Shown: in pieces, positions 16,358-24,353 of the stretch | Layout: every line of letters begins with the position of its first letter | How positions within the stretch are numbered: position 1 is the first letter of the stretch | Assembly: GCA_025464005.1 (NCBI GenBank) | Contig: JAODBO010000159.1 | Location: 9,633 to 73,632, forward strand | Source of the DNA: Acidimicrobiaceae bacterium | GTDB lineage: Bacteria > Actinomycetota > Acidimicrobiia > Acidimicrobiales > Bog-793 | Direction: 5' to 3' | DNA: 64,000 nucleotides | Notes under the pieces: model-generated | Seen by the model: the letters and a program-made list of their open reading frames with translations, nothing else | Database searches by the model: none | Told to the model about the DNA's origin: nothing | Translations under genes and position numbers: made by a program

Positions 16358-18478
16358 GTGACTCCGACCCAGCTCGCGAGCGCGCCCGAGCGGCCCTCGC
16401 GACTCACGAAGGCTGCTTCGCGCCCGTCCGAGCGATCCTCCGAACTGACCTGCGCCGCGCCCGTTCCCGAGATGAGCGATGTGGCAGGCCGCCATGTGGT
16501 CCAGCAGCTCATGCGCTCTCCCGGCCCTGCTCCTGGAGCACCGCGGGACGCTGCCGGCGCGATCTCTCCGAGCACGATCATCGGGCTGCAGCGCACTGCC
16601 GGCAACCGCGCCGTGCAGCGACTGCTCGCCGGACCGCCAGCCTGCTCCGTCCCAGGCCACCGACATGGGCACGGGCCCGTGGTGCAGCGCCGCATCGTTC
16701 CCGACGCGCGGGTAGCGATCGAGGCTGCGGCGGGGGTCAACCACGCCTTCGACGCGCTGTCCGCGTCGGTGGATCGCCTCATGCCAGAAGACGCCCAAAA
16801 GAAGCTCATCGACGTCGAGAGCACCGGCGCAAAGATCTCCTCGGCGTTCTCCAGCTTCAAGTCGAAGGTGACCGGCAAGGCGCCTGGGGCCGACCCCGGG
16901 CGCGGCAACCTCGTGCACTTCATGCGAGCATGGCTGCTCTCGGAGTTCGGCCAGCGGCTCGAGGCGCTCGAAGCGAAGAACCTCCCTCCGGCTGAGAAGA
17001 AGAAGTCCCAGGCGCGCTATCTCGCCAAGGCGCTCGAGGTACGGGACAAGCATGCGCCGCTGCTCAAGAAGGGTACCGCCGCCCCCGAGACCCAAGCGTT
17101 CCTGGCATCGATCGGCCTCGACGCCGGCGTGCCGGTGGCGGCGGAGGACAAGGCCAAGGAGGTCGCGAAGGGTCCTCGGATCGACGTTCGCTCGACCTTC
17201 CTCGGTGGCCGGATCCTCGGCATCAGCCTGCGCGGCCACCTGTTCGTCGTCTACACCACGAGCGAAGGGCGTCAGCTCTACTTCCGGGGCGGCCCGGGCG
17301 AGGACGTCCCCGGGCTGGACGCCGGCTACACGACGGTCGACGCCGGTGACTACACCCCCGGCACCATCGACTGGGACCCGTCCGCGCCTTCGACGACGGT
17401 CATGAAGGGCCCCCAAGCTGCCGAGAAGCTCGACGGGCTCCTGGAGGCCGGTCGGGCCGTCAACGCGATGCAAGTGCCGTACCAGGGCTACTTCATGAAG
17501 AAGAGCAACCTGAAGTCCGGTCGCTCGCCCTTGACCGGGGAGAACTGCAACGCCGCCGCGTGGACGCTGTTGAATCGCGCCGGAGTCCCGACGAGCAAGC
17601 CGGGCGGCCTCCACCCGGGCTGGGGCCACGTGCTCGGCGCCGACTCAGGACAGGGAAACCCCGCGCCGGAGCGCGAGAAAGACACGTTGGACTTCCGCGG
17701 CAAGACTGTCGGCAGCCCTTCGGCAGTCTTTCGGGACCGCCTCCTTCGCGAGAAGCAGAGCGACGTCCCGAAGCTCACCGACGTGCAGATCGTGAGCACC
17801 GACGGCGACGGCGCCGACGAGGTCTACAAGGTCGCCTACGACCACGAGGGCGAGCACAAGATCGGCTGGATGGCCAAGGCGGAAGTGTTGTCCGCGGGAC
17901 TTCACGGCCGCGACCATCCGCTGCCGCCGGTGCCGGTCCCGCCGAAGGCATCGATGGCGGATCCCGCCATCTACCCCGCGGGACGCCACAACCTGGTCGG
18001 AAAGCTCGAGGCTCCGCTCGAGTTGCACGTGAGCTCGACCGAGGACGGTCCCCTCGCCACGGACATCACCATTGCGCCGGACTACAGGGGGGTGGCTCGC
18101 CTCCTCGTACTCGACGACACGACGCGCAACAGCGGGCGCGCCCAGCTCCAGTACGACGGCAAGGCCTACTACGTGCCGCTCGACCAGGTCGCCGCTGTCT
18201 TCGGCTGGGCCGGCGCCCCGAAGCCCGAGGTCCATCCGATCGGGCCCGAGGCACATGACGAGCCAGTCGTCGTCGCCGTCAACGGGACGAAGGCGCCGCT
18301 CACGCTCTACTACGACGCGGCGCACAAAGAGAGCGACAAGTGGGGCGAGGTACCGGCGGGTACCGAGAAGAGGGACCTCAACGAGGGCATCGAAAGCAAC
18401 GGCGACTGGATCGAGGTCGTCTACCTCGGCACCTTCTTCTGGGTCTCGAAGGAGCAGTGGGCCGCAGCGATGGGCTGA
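16358..18478 (+). CDS. effector/toxin-like protein: N-terminal 'GNxAVQRLL' leader, unassigned His/Asn-Cys domain, three SH3b-like repeats
   Basis: GTG preceded by GAGGAGAG. Residues 75-90 read 'IGLQRTAGNRAVQRLL'. Residues ~272-428 contain 'GHLFVVYTTSEGRQLYFRGGP' ... 'GENCNAAAWTLL'. Residues ~445-706 form three ~80-aa repeats ending 'KIGWMAKAEV', 'KAYYVPLDQV', 'GDWIEVVYLGTFFWVSKEQ'. No signal peptide or TM helix. Confidence 0.6.
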   Translation: MTPTQLASAPERPSRLTKAASRPSERSSELTCAAPVPEMSDVAGRHVVQQLMRSPGPAPGAPRDAAGAISPSTIIGLQRTAGNRAVQRLLAGPPACSVPGHRHGHGPVVQRRIVPDARVAIEAAAGVNHAFDALSASVDRLMPEDAQKKLIDVESTGAKISSAFSSFKSKVTGKAPGADPGRGNLVHFMRAWLLSEFGQRLEALEAKNLPPAEKKKSQARYLAKALEVRDKHAPLLKKGTAAPETQAFLASIGLDAGVPVAAEDKAKEVAKGPRIDVRSTFLGGRILGISLRGHLFVVYTTSEGRQLYFRGGPGEDVPGLDAGYTTVDAGDYTPGTIDWDPSAPSTTVMKGPQAAEKLDGLLEAGRAVNAMQVPYQGYFMKKSNLKSGRSPLTGENCNAAAWTLLNRAGVPTSKPGGLHPGWGHVLGADSGQGNPAPEREKDTLDFRGKTVGSPSAVFRDRLLREKQSDVPKLTDVQIVSTDGDGADEVYKVAYDHEGEHKIGWMAKAEVLSAGLHGRDHPLPPVPVPPKASMADPAIYPAGRHNLVGKLEAPLELHVSSTEDGPLATDITIAPDYRGVARLLVLDDTTRNSGRAQLQYDGKAYYVPLDQVAAVFGWAGAPKPEVHPIGPEAHDEPVVVAVNGTKAPLTLYYDAAHKESDKWGEVPAGTEKRDLNEGIESNGDWIEVVYLGTFFWVSKEQWAAAMG

Positions 18479-18511
18479 GCGGCTCGCGGCGCACCGGCGA
18501 GGCGGTCCGGG

Positions 18512-19480
18512 CTAACCGGCGCGAAAGCTACGTCGGTACGACTGTGGGCTCGTCCGCAGCACCCGGTGGAAATGCTTGCGCAGGTTCGTCGCAGTCCCGA
18601 AGCCGCTGGCGCCGGCCACGACATCGATCGAGGCGTCTCCGCCTTCGAGCAGGCGCTGGGCGAGGGCGACCCGCTGATGCAGGAGCCACTGATACGGCGT
18701 GGCGCCGGTGATCGAGCGGAAGCGCCGAGCAAACGTGCGAGGGCTCATCGCTGCGCGCTCCGCCAGGTCGTCGATGGTCACCGGATCCGCGAGATGCTCG
18801 TCGAGCCAGACCAGAGTCGCCCCGAATCGATCGGCGTCTACGGCGCTCGGGATCGGCGACTCTATGTACTGCGCCTGGCCGCCGTCACGGTGCGGCGGCA
18901 CCACGAGGTGCCGAGCTACTCGATTCGCTACGTCGGCCCCGAAGTCGGTGCGCACGATGTGGAGGCAGAGGTCGATGCTCGCGGCGCTCCCCGCGGAGGT
19001 CAAGATGTCTCCGTCGTCGACGTACAGCACATTCGGGTCGACGACGACCTCCGGATAGTCGTGTGCCAACCTCTCGGCGGCCACCCAGTGGGTCGTCGCT
19101 ATCCTGCCGTCCAGCAATCCCGCCGCGGCCAGCACGAAGGCTCCCGTGCACAGCGAGACGATCCGTGCACCGCCGCGGTGGGCGCATCGCAGCGCGTCGA
19201 GCACCTCGGTCGCGACGAGGTCGTAGGCGGCAGTAGGCGGGACGATCACCATGTCGGCGCTCCGAAGCTCGTCCAGTCCATGTGGCGCGTACAGGGTGAA
19301 GCCGGTCCCGGCGCTGACCGGCCCCGGTCGGGCCGCGCAGACGGAGAATCGGTACCAGGGGACGCCCATGTCCGAGCGGTCGTAGCCGAAGATCTCGCAC
19401 GCGACGCCGAACTCGAATGGCGACACCTCTTCGCATGCGAGCAGTGCGACGCTCGCATGTTTGGCAGGATCGTTTCGCAT
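18512..19480 (-). CDS. GlxA-family transcriptional regulator (DJ-1/PfpI domain + AraC HTH)
   Basis: The N-terminal DJ-1-like domain has 'SLCTGAFVLAAAGLL'. The C-terminal AraC HTH has 'IDDLAERAAMSPRTFARRFRSITGATPYQW'. Confidence 0.85.
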   Translation of the reverse strand: MRNDPAKHASVALLACEEVSPFEFGVACEIFGYDRSDMGVPWYRFSVCAARPGPVSAGTGFTLYAPHGLDELRSADMVIVPPTAAYDLVATEVLDALRCAHRGGARIVSLCTGAFVLAAAGLLDGRIATTHWVAAERLAHDYPEVVVDPNVLYVDDGDILTSAGSAASIDLCLHIVRTDFGADVANRVARHLVVPPHRDGGQAQYIESPIPSAVDADRFGATLVWLDEHLADPVTIDDLAERAAMSPRTFARRFRSITGATPYQWLLHQRVALAQRLLEGGDASIDVVAGASGFGTATNLRKHFHRVLRTSPQSYRRSFRAG

Positions 19481-19535
19481 ACTGTCAATCCTGCCACTTC
19501 TACAGCGTGCCGTGGGAGCACAAGCTGGTCAGGTG

Positions 19536-19736
19536 ATGAACCCCTACCTCCTGCAGCGACTCGCCGAGGACGCCATACGAGAGCGGACCGCTGCGAGCGG
19601 CACCGTCGTTCGACGACGTCACCTCCGGCGCTGGGCAGCCCGACTCGCGCCGGTCATCGCGGCACTCGCGAGCACTCGCAACGAGGCAGGCCGAGCGGCC
19701 GCTCGTCCGCAAACCTTCGGATCTCCACACAGCTGA
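19536..19736 (+). CDS. possible small hypothetical protein (66 aa)
   Basis: ATG at 19536 ('MNPYLLQRLAEDAIRERTAA..'), divergent from glxA. Weak SD and no recognised family, so it may not be coding. Confidence 0.25.
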   Translation: MNPYLLQRLAEDAIRERTAASGTVVRRRHLRRWAARLAPVIAALASTRNEAGRAAARPQTFGSPHS

Positions 19737-19772
19737 GCAATCGCCCAATGGCTGAGGCCACGCGATCGACGC

Positions 19773-21023
19773 TCAGTGGATCTCGGGGCCAGGGGCGGCC
19801 GATCCGGGAAGGTCGACGCCGCGAGGAAGATCTCCGGGGGGCCACCCGAGCAGGCGGAGGGCCGCGGCGCAGGCGTAGCGATCGGTCATACCGGCGACGT
19901 AGCCCACAGCGGACCGCACGGCCTGGATGCTGCCCGGCTCGTGCCGCTCTCCTACCTCGCCGGGGCGCGAGCCGAGATGGTCGGGTCGCAACGAGAAGTG
20001 CTCGACCAGCGCCGTGAGCAGCCTCTGTACGGCTCGACCCTGCTCTGCGGCTTCCCGTCGCATATAGACGTGCTCGTAGTTGAACCGCCGCAGGCCAGCG
20101 AGCGCAGTGGCCATCTCCTCGCTCATCCCGACAACGCCGGCCTCGGTGCTCGAGGAGACCACGTCGCCGATAAACGCGCGCAGCTGCTTGCTCCGGGTGA
20201 GCCCGCACACTGCCGCTATCTCGCGTGGCACATCGTCGAGGGAGACGAGACCGGCAGCGACGGCGTCCTCAAGATCGTGCGCGCAGTAGGCGATGCGGTC
20301 GCTCCAGCTGACCACCTCGCCCTCGGGAGTCGAGGGGGCCGGTCGCGACCACGAGTGATTGCGGATGCCGTCGAGGACCGGAGCGGTGAGGTTGAGCCGT
20401 GCGAGCACCACGTCGGCCCCCCACACCGCGTGGTCGTACCCCTCGGGCAGGTACCGGGCGAACGCGTCTTCGCTCGCGTGACCTCCCGGGCCGTGGCCGC
20501 AGTCGTGCCCGAGCGCAATCGCCTCGGTGAGCGCCACGTTGAGGTGGAGCGCTCGCGCTACGGCCGTGGCGACCTGGGCCACCTCGAGCGCATGGGTCAG
20601 GCGTGTGCGCTGGTGGTCGTCGGGGAAGACGAAGACCTGGGTCTTGCCGGCGAGCCTGCGGAACGCGGCCGAGTGGAGGATGCGGTCCCGGTCCCGTTCG
20701 AAGCAGGTGCGGAGTGGGTCCGGATCCTCGACAACGAGCCGCTCCCCGGCGCCCTCCGCCCGGGTCGCCCCCGGTGCGAGGAGTCGGTCCTCGTCGGCCT
20801 CGCGCTCCGCACGTCCCCGAGGCTCGATCGCGCCGATGAACGCCGAGCCGCCGCTGTGCGCGATGCGCAGTGCCCCACGACCGCGGCGGGCTTCCATCGT
20901 CGAAGCCCACACGAGCGCTCGCTCGCTCAGAACTTCGGGCGACGACCCGCCGCCGCCAGGGACGTCGCCCGCGGCGTCGACGTCGAGGATGTCCTCAGTC
21001 GTGATCGCGCCTCGCCGTTCCAT
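19773..21023 (-). CDS. dgt: dGTP triphosphohydrolase-like HD-domain protein
   Basis: 'FERDRDRILHSAAFRRLAGKTQVF', 'RTRLTHALEVAQV', 'HDCGHGPGGH' are dGTPase family motifs. Confidence 0.9.
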   Translation of the reverse strand: MERRGAITTEDILDVDAAGDVPGGGGSSPEVLSERALVWASTMEARRGRGALRIAHSGGSAFIGAIEPRGRAEREADEDRLLAPGATRAEGAGERLVVEDPDPLRTCFERDRDRILHSAAFRRLAGKTQVFVFPDDHQRTRLTHALEVAQVATAVARALHLNVALTEAIALGHDCGHGPGGHASEDAFARYLPEGYDHAVWGADVVLARLNLTAPVLDGIRNHSWSRPAPSTPEGEVVSWSDRIAYCAHDLEDAVAAGLVSLDDVPREIAAVCGLTRSKQLRAFIGDVVSSSTEAGVVGMSEEMATALAGLRRFNYEHVYMRREAAEQGRAVQRLLTALVEHFSLRPDHLGSRPGEVGERHEPGSIQAVRSAVGYVAGMTDRYACAAALRLLGWPPGDLPRGVDLPGSAAPGPEIH

Positions 21024-21056
21024 GGTCGGAGACTACGACCTCGGTACGTCACTCGG

Positions 21057-22205
21057 TCAGGAGAGCTTCAGCTCCGACCTGTAGACACGGGCCGGACCGA
21101 GGGCCACGACACGCGCCGCGAGCTCCTCGAAGACCTTGGCCACCTCGCCGTCCGGCTCCGCGATCACCGCCGGACGGCCGTCGTCGGCTCCCTCGCGGAT
21201 CGCCGTGACGAGCGGCACCTGGGCGAGCAGGGGCACGCCGAGGGAGGAGGAGAGCTCCTCTCCTCCCCCGAACCCGAACAGCTCGTAGCGGGCGCCGTCG
21301 GGCGTGCAGAACCACGACATGTTTTCGACGACACCACGCAACGGCAGCCGCAGCTGGCGTGCGAGCGCACCGGCGCGCTGCGCTACTCGCTGCGCGGCCG
21401 GCTGCGGTGTCGTGACGACGTAGAGCTCGGCTCGTGGCAGCTGCTGGGCCACAGAGAGAGCGACGTCGCCCGTCCCCGGCGGCATGTCGACCAGGAGGAA
21501 GTCGGGCGCTCCCCAGTGCACGTCGACCAGGAACTGCTCGAGCGCCTTGTGCAGCATCGGGCCTCGCCAGGCGATCGCCTTCTCCTCGTCGACGAAGAAC
21601 CCGGTCGATATAGAGCGGACACCGTGGGTCACGGGGGGCACGATCGTGCGTCCGAGAACCATCGGGGCGTGGGTCACGCCGAGCATCCTCGGCACCGAGA
21701 ACCCGTAGATGTCCGCGTCCAGGAGCCCGACGCTATGGCCCGCTCGCGCCAGCGCGACGGCGAGATTGACGGTCACCGTGGACTTGCCGACCCCACCCTT
21801 GCCGGACGCGATGGCAAGGACCCGCGTCCGGCTCTTGGGGGCCGACAGCGGGCTCGTCCGCCCGGCTGCGCCGGCTCCCGCGGCTCCGACGGGCGCCGAG
21901 GTCTCCACCCCCTCGATCGCGTGCAGGCGCTGGCCGAGCGCGGCGCGCTCCTCCTCCTCCATCGCCTCGAGCTCGACGCTCACCGTCGAACCCGCCTCGG
22001 CGAAGGCGCCGAGCGCTTCGGTCACGCGACGATGGAGCTCGTCGGGGTCGGGATAGTGCTCAGATGGGACGGCGACGACCACCTCGACGCGGCCCCGTTT
22101 GCGAGCGGCACGGCGCACGGTCCCGAGCTCGCCGAGGCTGTGGAAGAGCGCTGGGTCGACCACCGCCGCGACCGCCTCGAACACCGCCTCGTCCCGGTCA
22201 GCCAC
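21057..22205 (-). CDS. apbC: Fe-S cluster carrier ATPase Mrp/ApbC (DUF59 + ParA-like P-loop)
   Basis: N-terminal DUF59-like 'VVDPALFHSLGELGTV'; 'IASGKGGVGKSTVTVNLA' and 'DMPPGTGD'. It is the 3' 383 codons of the 700-aa track ORF; GTG at 22205 chosen. Confidence 0.9.
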   Translation of the reverse strand: MADRDEAVFEAVAAVVDPALFHSLGELGTVRRAARKRGRVEVVVAVPSEHYPDPDELHRRVTEALGAFAEAGSTVSVELEAMEEEERAALGQRLHAIEGVETSAPVGAAGAGAAGRTSPLSAPKSRTRVLAIASGKGGVGKSTVTVNLAVALARAGHSVGLLDADIYGFSVPRMLGVTHAPMVLGRTIVPPVTHGVRSISTGFFVDEEKAIAWRGPMLHKALEQFLVDVHWGAPDFLLVDMPPGTGDVALSVAQQLPRAELYVVTTPQPAAQRVAQRAGALARQLRLPLRGVVENMSWFCTPDGARYELFGFGGGEELSSSLGVPLLAQVPLVTAIREGADDGRPAVIAEPDGEVAKVFEELAARVVALGPARVYRSELKLS

Positions 22206-22245
22206 GGACCACCACCACTCACTCCTCGTTCTGGGCTTCGCCGCA

Positions 22246-22307
22246 CCGCTCCGGCAACATTCGTGCCGCGCTTGGCCTCCGGAGCGCCTGCGAGACCCCG
22301 TCGCAGG
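22246..22307. promoter_or_regulatory. inverted repeats in the apbC / sufR-like divergent region
   Basis: CGCTCCGG (22247-22254) pairs with CCGGAGCG (22279-22286). CCTGCGA (22287-22293) pairs with TCGCAGG (22301-22307), 13 nt before the GTG at 22320. Confidence 0.25.
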
Positions 22308-22319
22308 TACGATAGTGCT

Positions 22320-23132
22320 GTGAGCCCCACACCCATCCGGGGAAGGACCGATGCAGCGGCCGAGGTCGCTCTCCCCGAGCGGCCCGCTGTAGGGCCGGTC
22401 AGGGGAAGGGGCCTGCCTCCGCTCGAGGCGGGCGGCTCGGCCGAGGACGAGTCGTTCTCGGCCGTCGTGGCTGCGGTCACGTCGGCCTTCGGCGACACGA
22501 CGAGGCGCCAGATCTACCTCTATGCACGCGACTCCGACGGGGTCACCGCCGCCGACATCGCGCAGCGCTTCGCCCTGCATCCGAACGTCGCCCGCCACCA
22601 CCTCGACAAGCTCGCCGCCGGCGGTTACCTCGGGGTCTCGCTCGACCATGGCGGCTCCGGCGCCGGACGGCCCTCGAAGCGCTACCGCCGCTCGATGCAG
22701 GCAGCCGCGCTCCCCGCGCCCCCACGGCCCGACGGCCTTCTCGTCACGTTGCTCGTGCGCGCCCTCGACCTGCTCGAGCCGGAGGTCGCCGAGCGGGTCG
22801 CCGAGGAGGTCGGCGATGAGTACGGACGCTCGCTCGCGGCGCAGATGGCCCCGGGCGACTCGCAGCGCTCGATGCGCGCCGCGATGCTCGCGATCGCCGA
22901 CTCCCTGACGGCACAGGGATTCGCGGCACATGCCGAGAGCCGGGGCATCTCCACGGCCATCGTGCGCGACCACTGTCCCTTCGGTGACGTCGTGTCGCAA
23001 CACCCGGTGCTGTGCGCCCTCGACCGCGGCATGGTGCAAGGCATGCTGGCGGGCCTGTGCGGTGACTCGGTGCCGGTCCAGATGTCGTCTCGCGCCCTCG
23101 GGGACGACTCGTGCGCGAGCGTCGCCGGCTGA
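22320..23132 (+). CDS. SufR-like ArsR-type HTH regulator with C-terminal Cys cluster
   Basis: Winged HTH 'RRQIYLYARDSDGVTAADIAQRFALHPNVARHHLDKLAAGGYL' and C-terminal 'CPFGDVVSQHPVLC-x14-C' (C-x12-C-x14-C, close to the SufR C-x12-C-x13-C Fe-S motif). It is the 3' part of the 1118-aa track ORF. Start uncertain (GTG 22320). Confidence 0.65.
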   Translation: MSPTPIRGRTDAAAEVALPERPAVGPVRGRGLPPLEAGGSAEDESFSAVVAAVTSAFGDTTRRQIYLYARDSDGVTAADIAQRFALHPNVARHHLDKLAAGGYLGVSLDHGGSGAGRPSKRYRRSMQAAALPAPPRPDGLLVTLLVRALDLLEPEVAERVAEEVGDEYGRSLAAQMAPGDSQRSMRAAMLAIADSLTAQGFAAHAESRGISTAIVRDHCPFGDVVSQHPVLCALDRGMVQGMLAGLCGDSVPVQMSSRALGDDSCASVAG

Positions 23133-23148
23133 GCAGCTCCGCCAGCCC

Positions 23149-24309
23149 GTGAGCCGCACGCACTACCTCGACCACGCCTCGTCGTCGCCGCTTCGACCCG
23201 AGGCTGTCGAAGCCATCACCGGCTGGGCCAACTCGGGAACCTTCGCCGATCCGGGTCGCCAGCACGGCGACGGGCATCTCGTCCGAGACAGCGTCGAGCA
23301 CGCAAGAGACGCCGTCGCGACCTTGCTCGACGTCCGCCCCCGTGAGGTGGTCTTCACCTCAGGCGGTACTGAGGCGGCCAATGCCGCAAGCTCGGGTGCC
23401 CGCGCCGCCCGCGGCGCAGGGCCGATGCTCTACACCGCGGTCGAGCACTCCGCCGTGCGGCTCGCCGCGGAGCGCGCCGGGCTCGCCGTCCCAATCGAGG
23501 TGGACGCGCTCGGCCGCGTCGACCTCGACCGGCTCTCGCAGCTCCTCGACGCGGCCGACGAGAGCAGCCCGCCCGTCCTCGTCCACTGCCAGTGGGCCAA
23601 CCACGAGGTGGGCACGGTCCAGCCCGTCGCCGAGGTCGTCGCCCTCTGCCATGCCCGCGGGGTCGCCGTCCACGTCGACGCATGCGCGGCCGCCGGGGAG
23701 GTCCGTCTCGCACTCGGCGAGCTCGGAGCGGACCTCGTCTCCGTGAGCGCCCACAAGCTCGGGGGCCCCCCGGGCGTGGGAGCGCTCGTCGTGCGCCGCG
23801 GGACGCGGATCGCACCGCTGCTGCTCGGCGGCGAGCAAGAGCGAGGGCGGCGCGCCGGCATGGAGAACGTCCCGGGCATTCTCGGCTTCGGTGCGGTCGC
23901 TGCAGCGCTCTCGCTTCCGGGCGTGATCGAGCACGAGGCGGCGCGTGCCCGAGCCCAGAGCGAGCAGTTGCTCGACGCCGCGCTCCAGGTGAAGGGCGTC
24001 ACTGCCTACGGCGACCGGTCCGACCGCCTCCCCCACATCGTGTGCATCGGCGTCTCCGACGTGGAGGCCGAGGCCGTCGTGCTCGGTCTCGATCAGGCGG
24101 GGATCGCGGTCCACTCCGGATCGGCTTGCTCGTCGGAGTCGCTCGAGCCGTCGCCGGTCCTCGAAGCGATGGGCGTCGATGCCCAGCGATCGCTCCGCCT
24201 CTCGGTCGGCTGGTCTACGACCACGGACGACGTCGAGGCCTTCGCCAAGCACTTCCCCGACGTCGTCGGGCGTCTGCGCGCCCTCACTGACGCGCCGGAG
24301 CACCCTTAG
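23149..24309 (+). CDS. cysteine desulfurase (class I, IscS/NifS-like)
   Basis: 'HYLDHASSSP', 'FTSGGTEAAN', PLP-lysine 'SVSAHKLGGPPGVGAL', catalytic 'HSGSACSSE'. GTG at 23149 chosen. Confidence 0.9.
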   Translation: MSRTHYLDHASSSPLRPEAVEAITGWANSGTFADPGRQHGDGHLVRDSVEHARDAVATLLDVRPREVVFTSGGTEAANAASSGARAARGAGPMLYTAVEHSAVRLAAERAGLAVPIEVDALGRVDLDRLSQLLDAADESSPPVLVHCQWANHEVGTVQPVAEVVALCHARGVAVHVDACAAAGEVRLALGELGADLVSVSAHKLGGPPGVGALVVRRGTRIAPLLLGGEQERGRRAGMENVPGILGFGAVAAALSLPGVIEHEAARARAQSEQLLDAALQVKGVTAYGDRSDRLPHIVCIGVSDVEAEAVVLGLDQAGIAVHSGSACSSESLEPSPVLEAMGVDAQRSLRLSVGWSTTTDDVEAFAKHFPDVVGRLRALTDAPEHP

Positions 24310-24353
24310 CTCGACCAGCCGGATCGCTCGCCCGCCGGGGAGACATCGGGCCT

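Noticed and set aside
15842-17629. 595-aa minus-strand ORF opposite the small ORF and the effector-like gene
   Set aside because: Arg/Gly/Val-rich low-complexity translation. The plus-strand frames have SD sequences, GC3 bias and recognisable motifs. I treat it as an antisense shadow ORF.
19773-21023. dGTPase as an anti-phage dNTP-depletion defence gene
   Set aside because: It has the ordinary Dgt-like sequence and sits among housekeeping genes with no defence-island context. I treat it as the housekeeping dGTPase-like protein.
19776-23132. 1118-aa plus-strand ORF spanning dgt, apbC and the sufR-like region
   Set aside because: Most of it is antisense to two well-supported minus-strand genes (dgt, apbC), with Arg/Gly/Pro-rich nonsense typical of high-GC shadow frames. 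Only the last ~270 codons (the HTH regulator) look real.
21057-23159. 700-aa minus-strand ORF
   Set aside because: Only the 3' 383 codons encode the Mrp/ApbC protein. The 5' part is antisense to the sufR-like gene and has no protein-like features.
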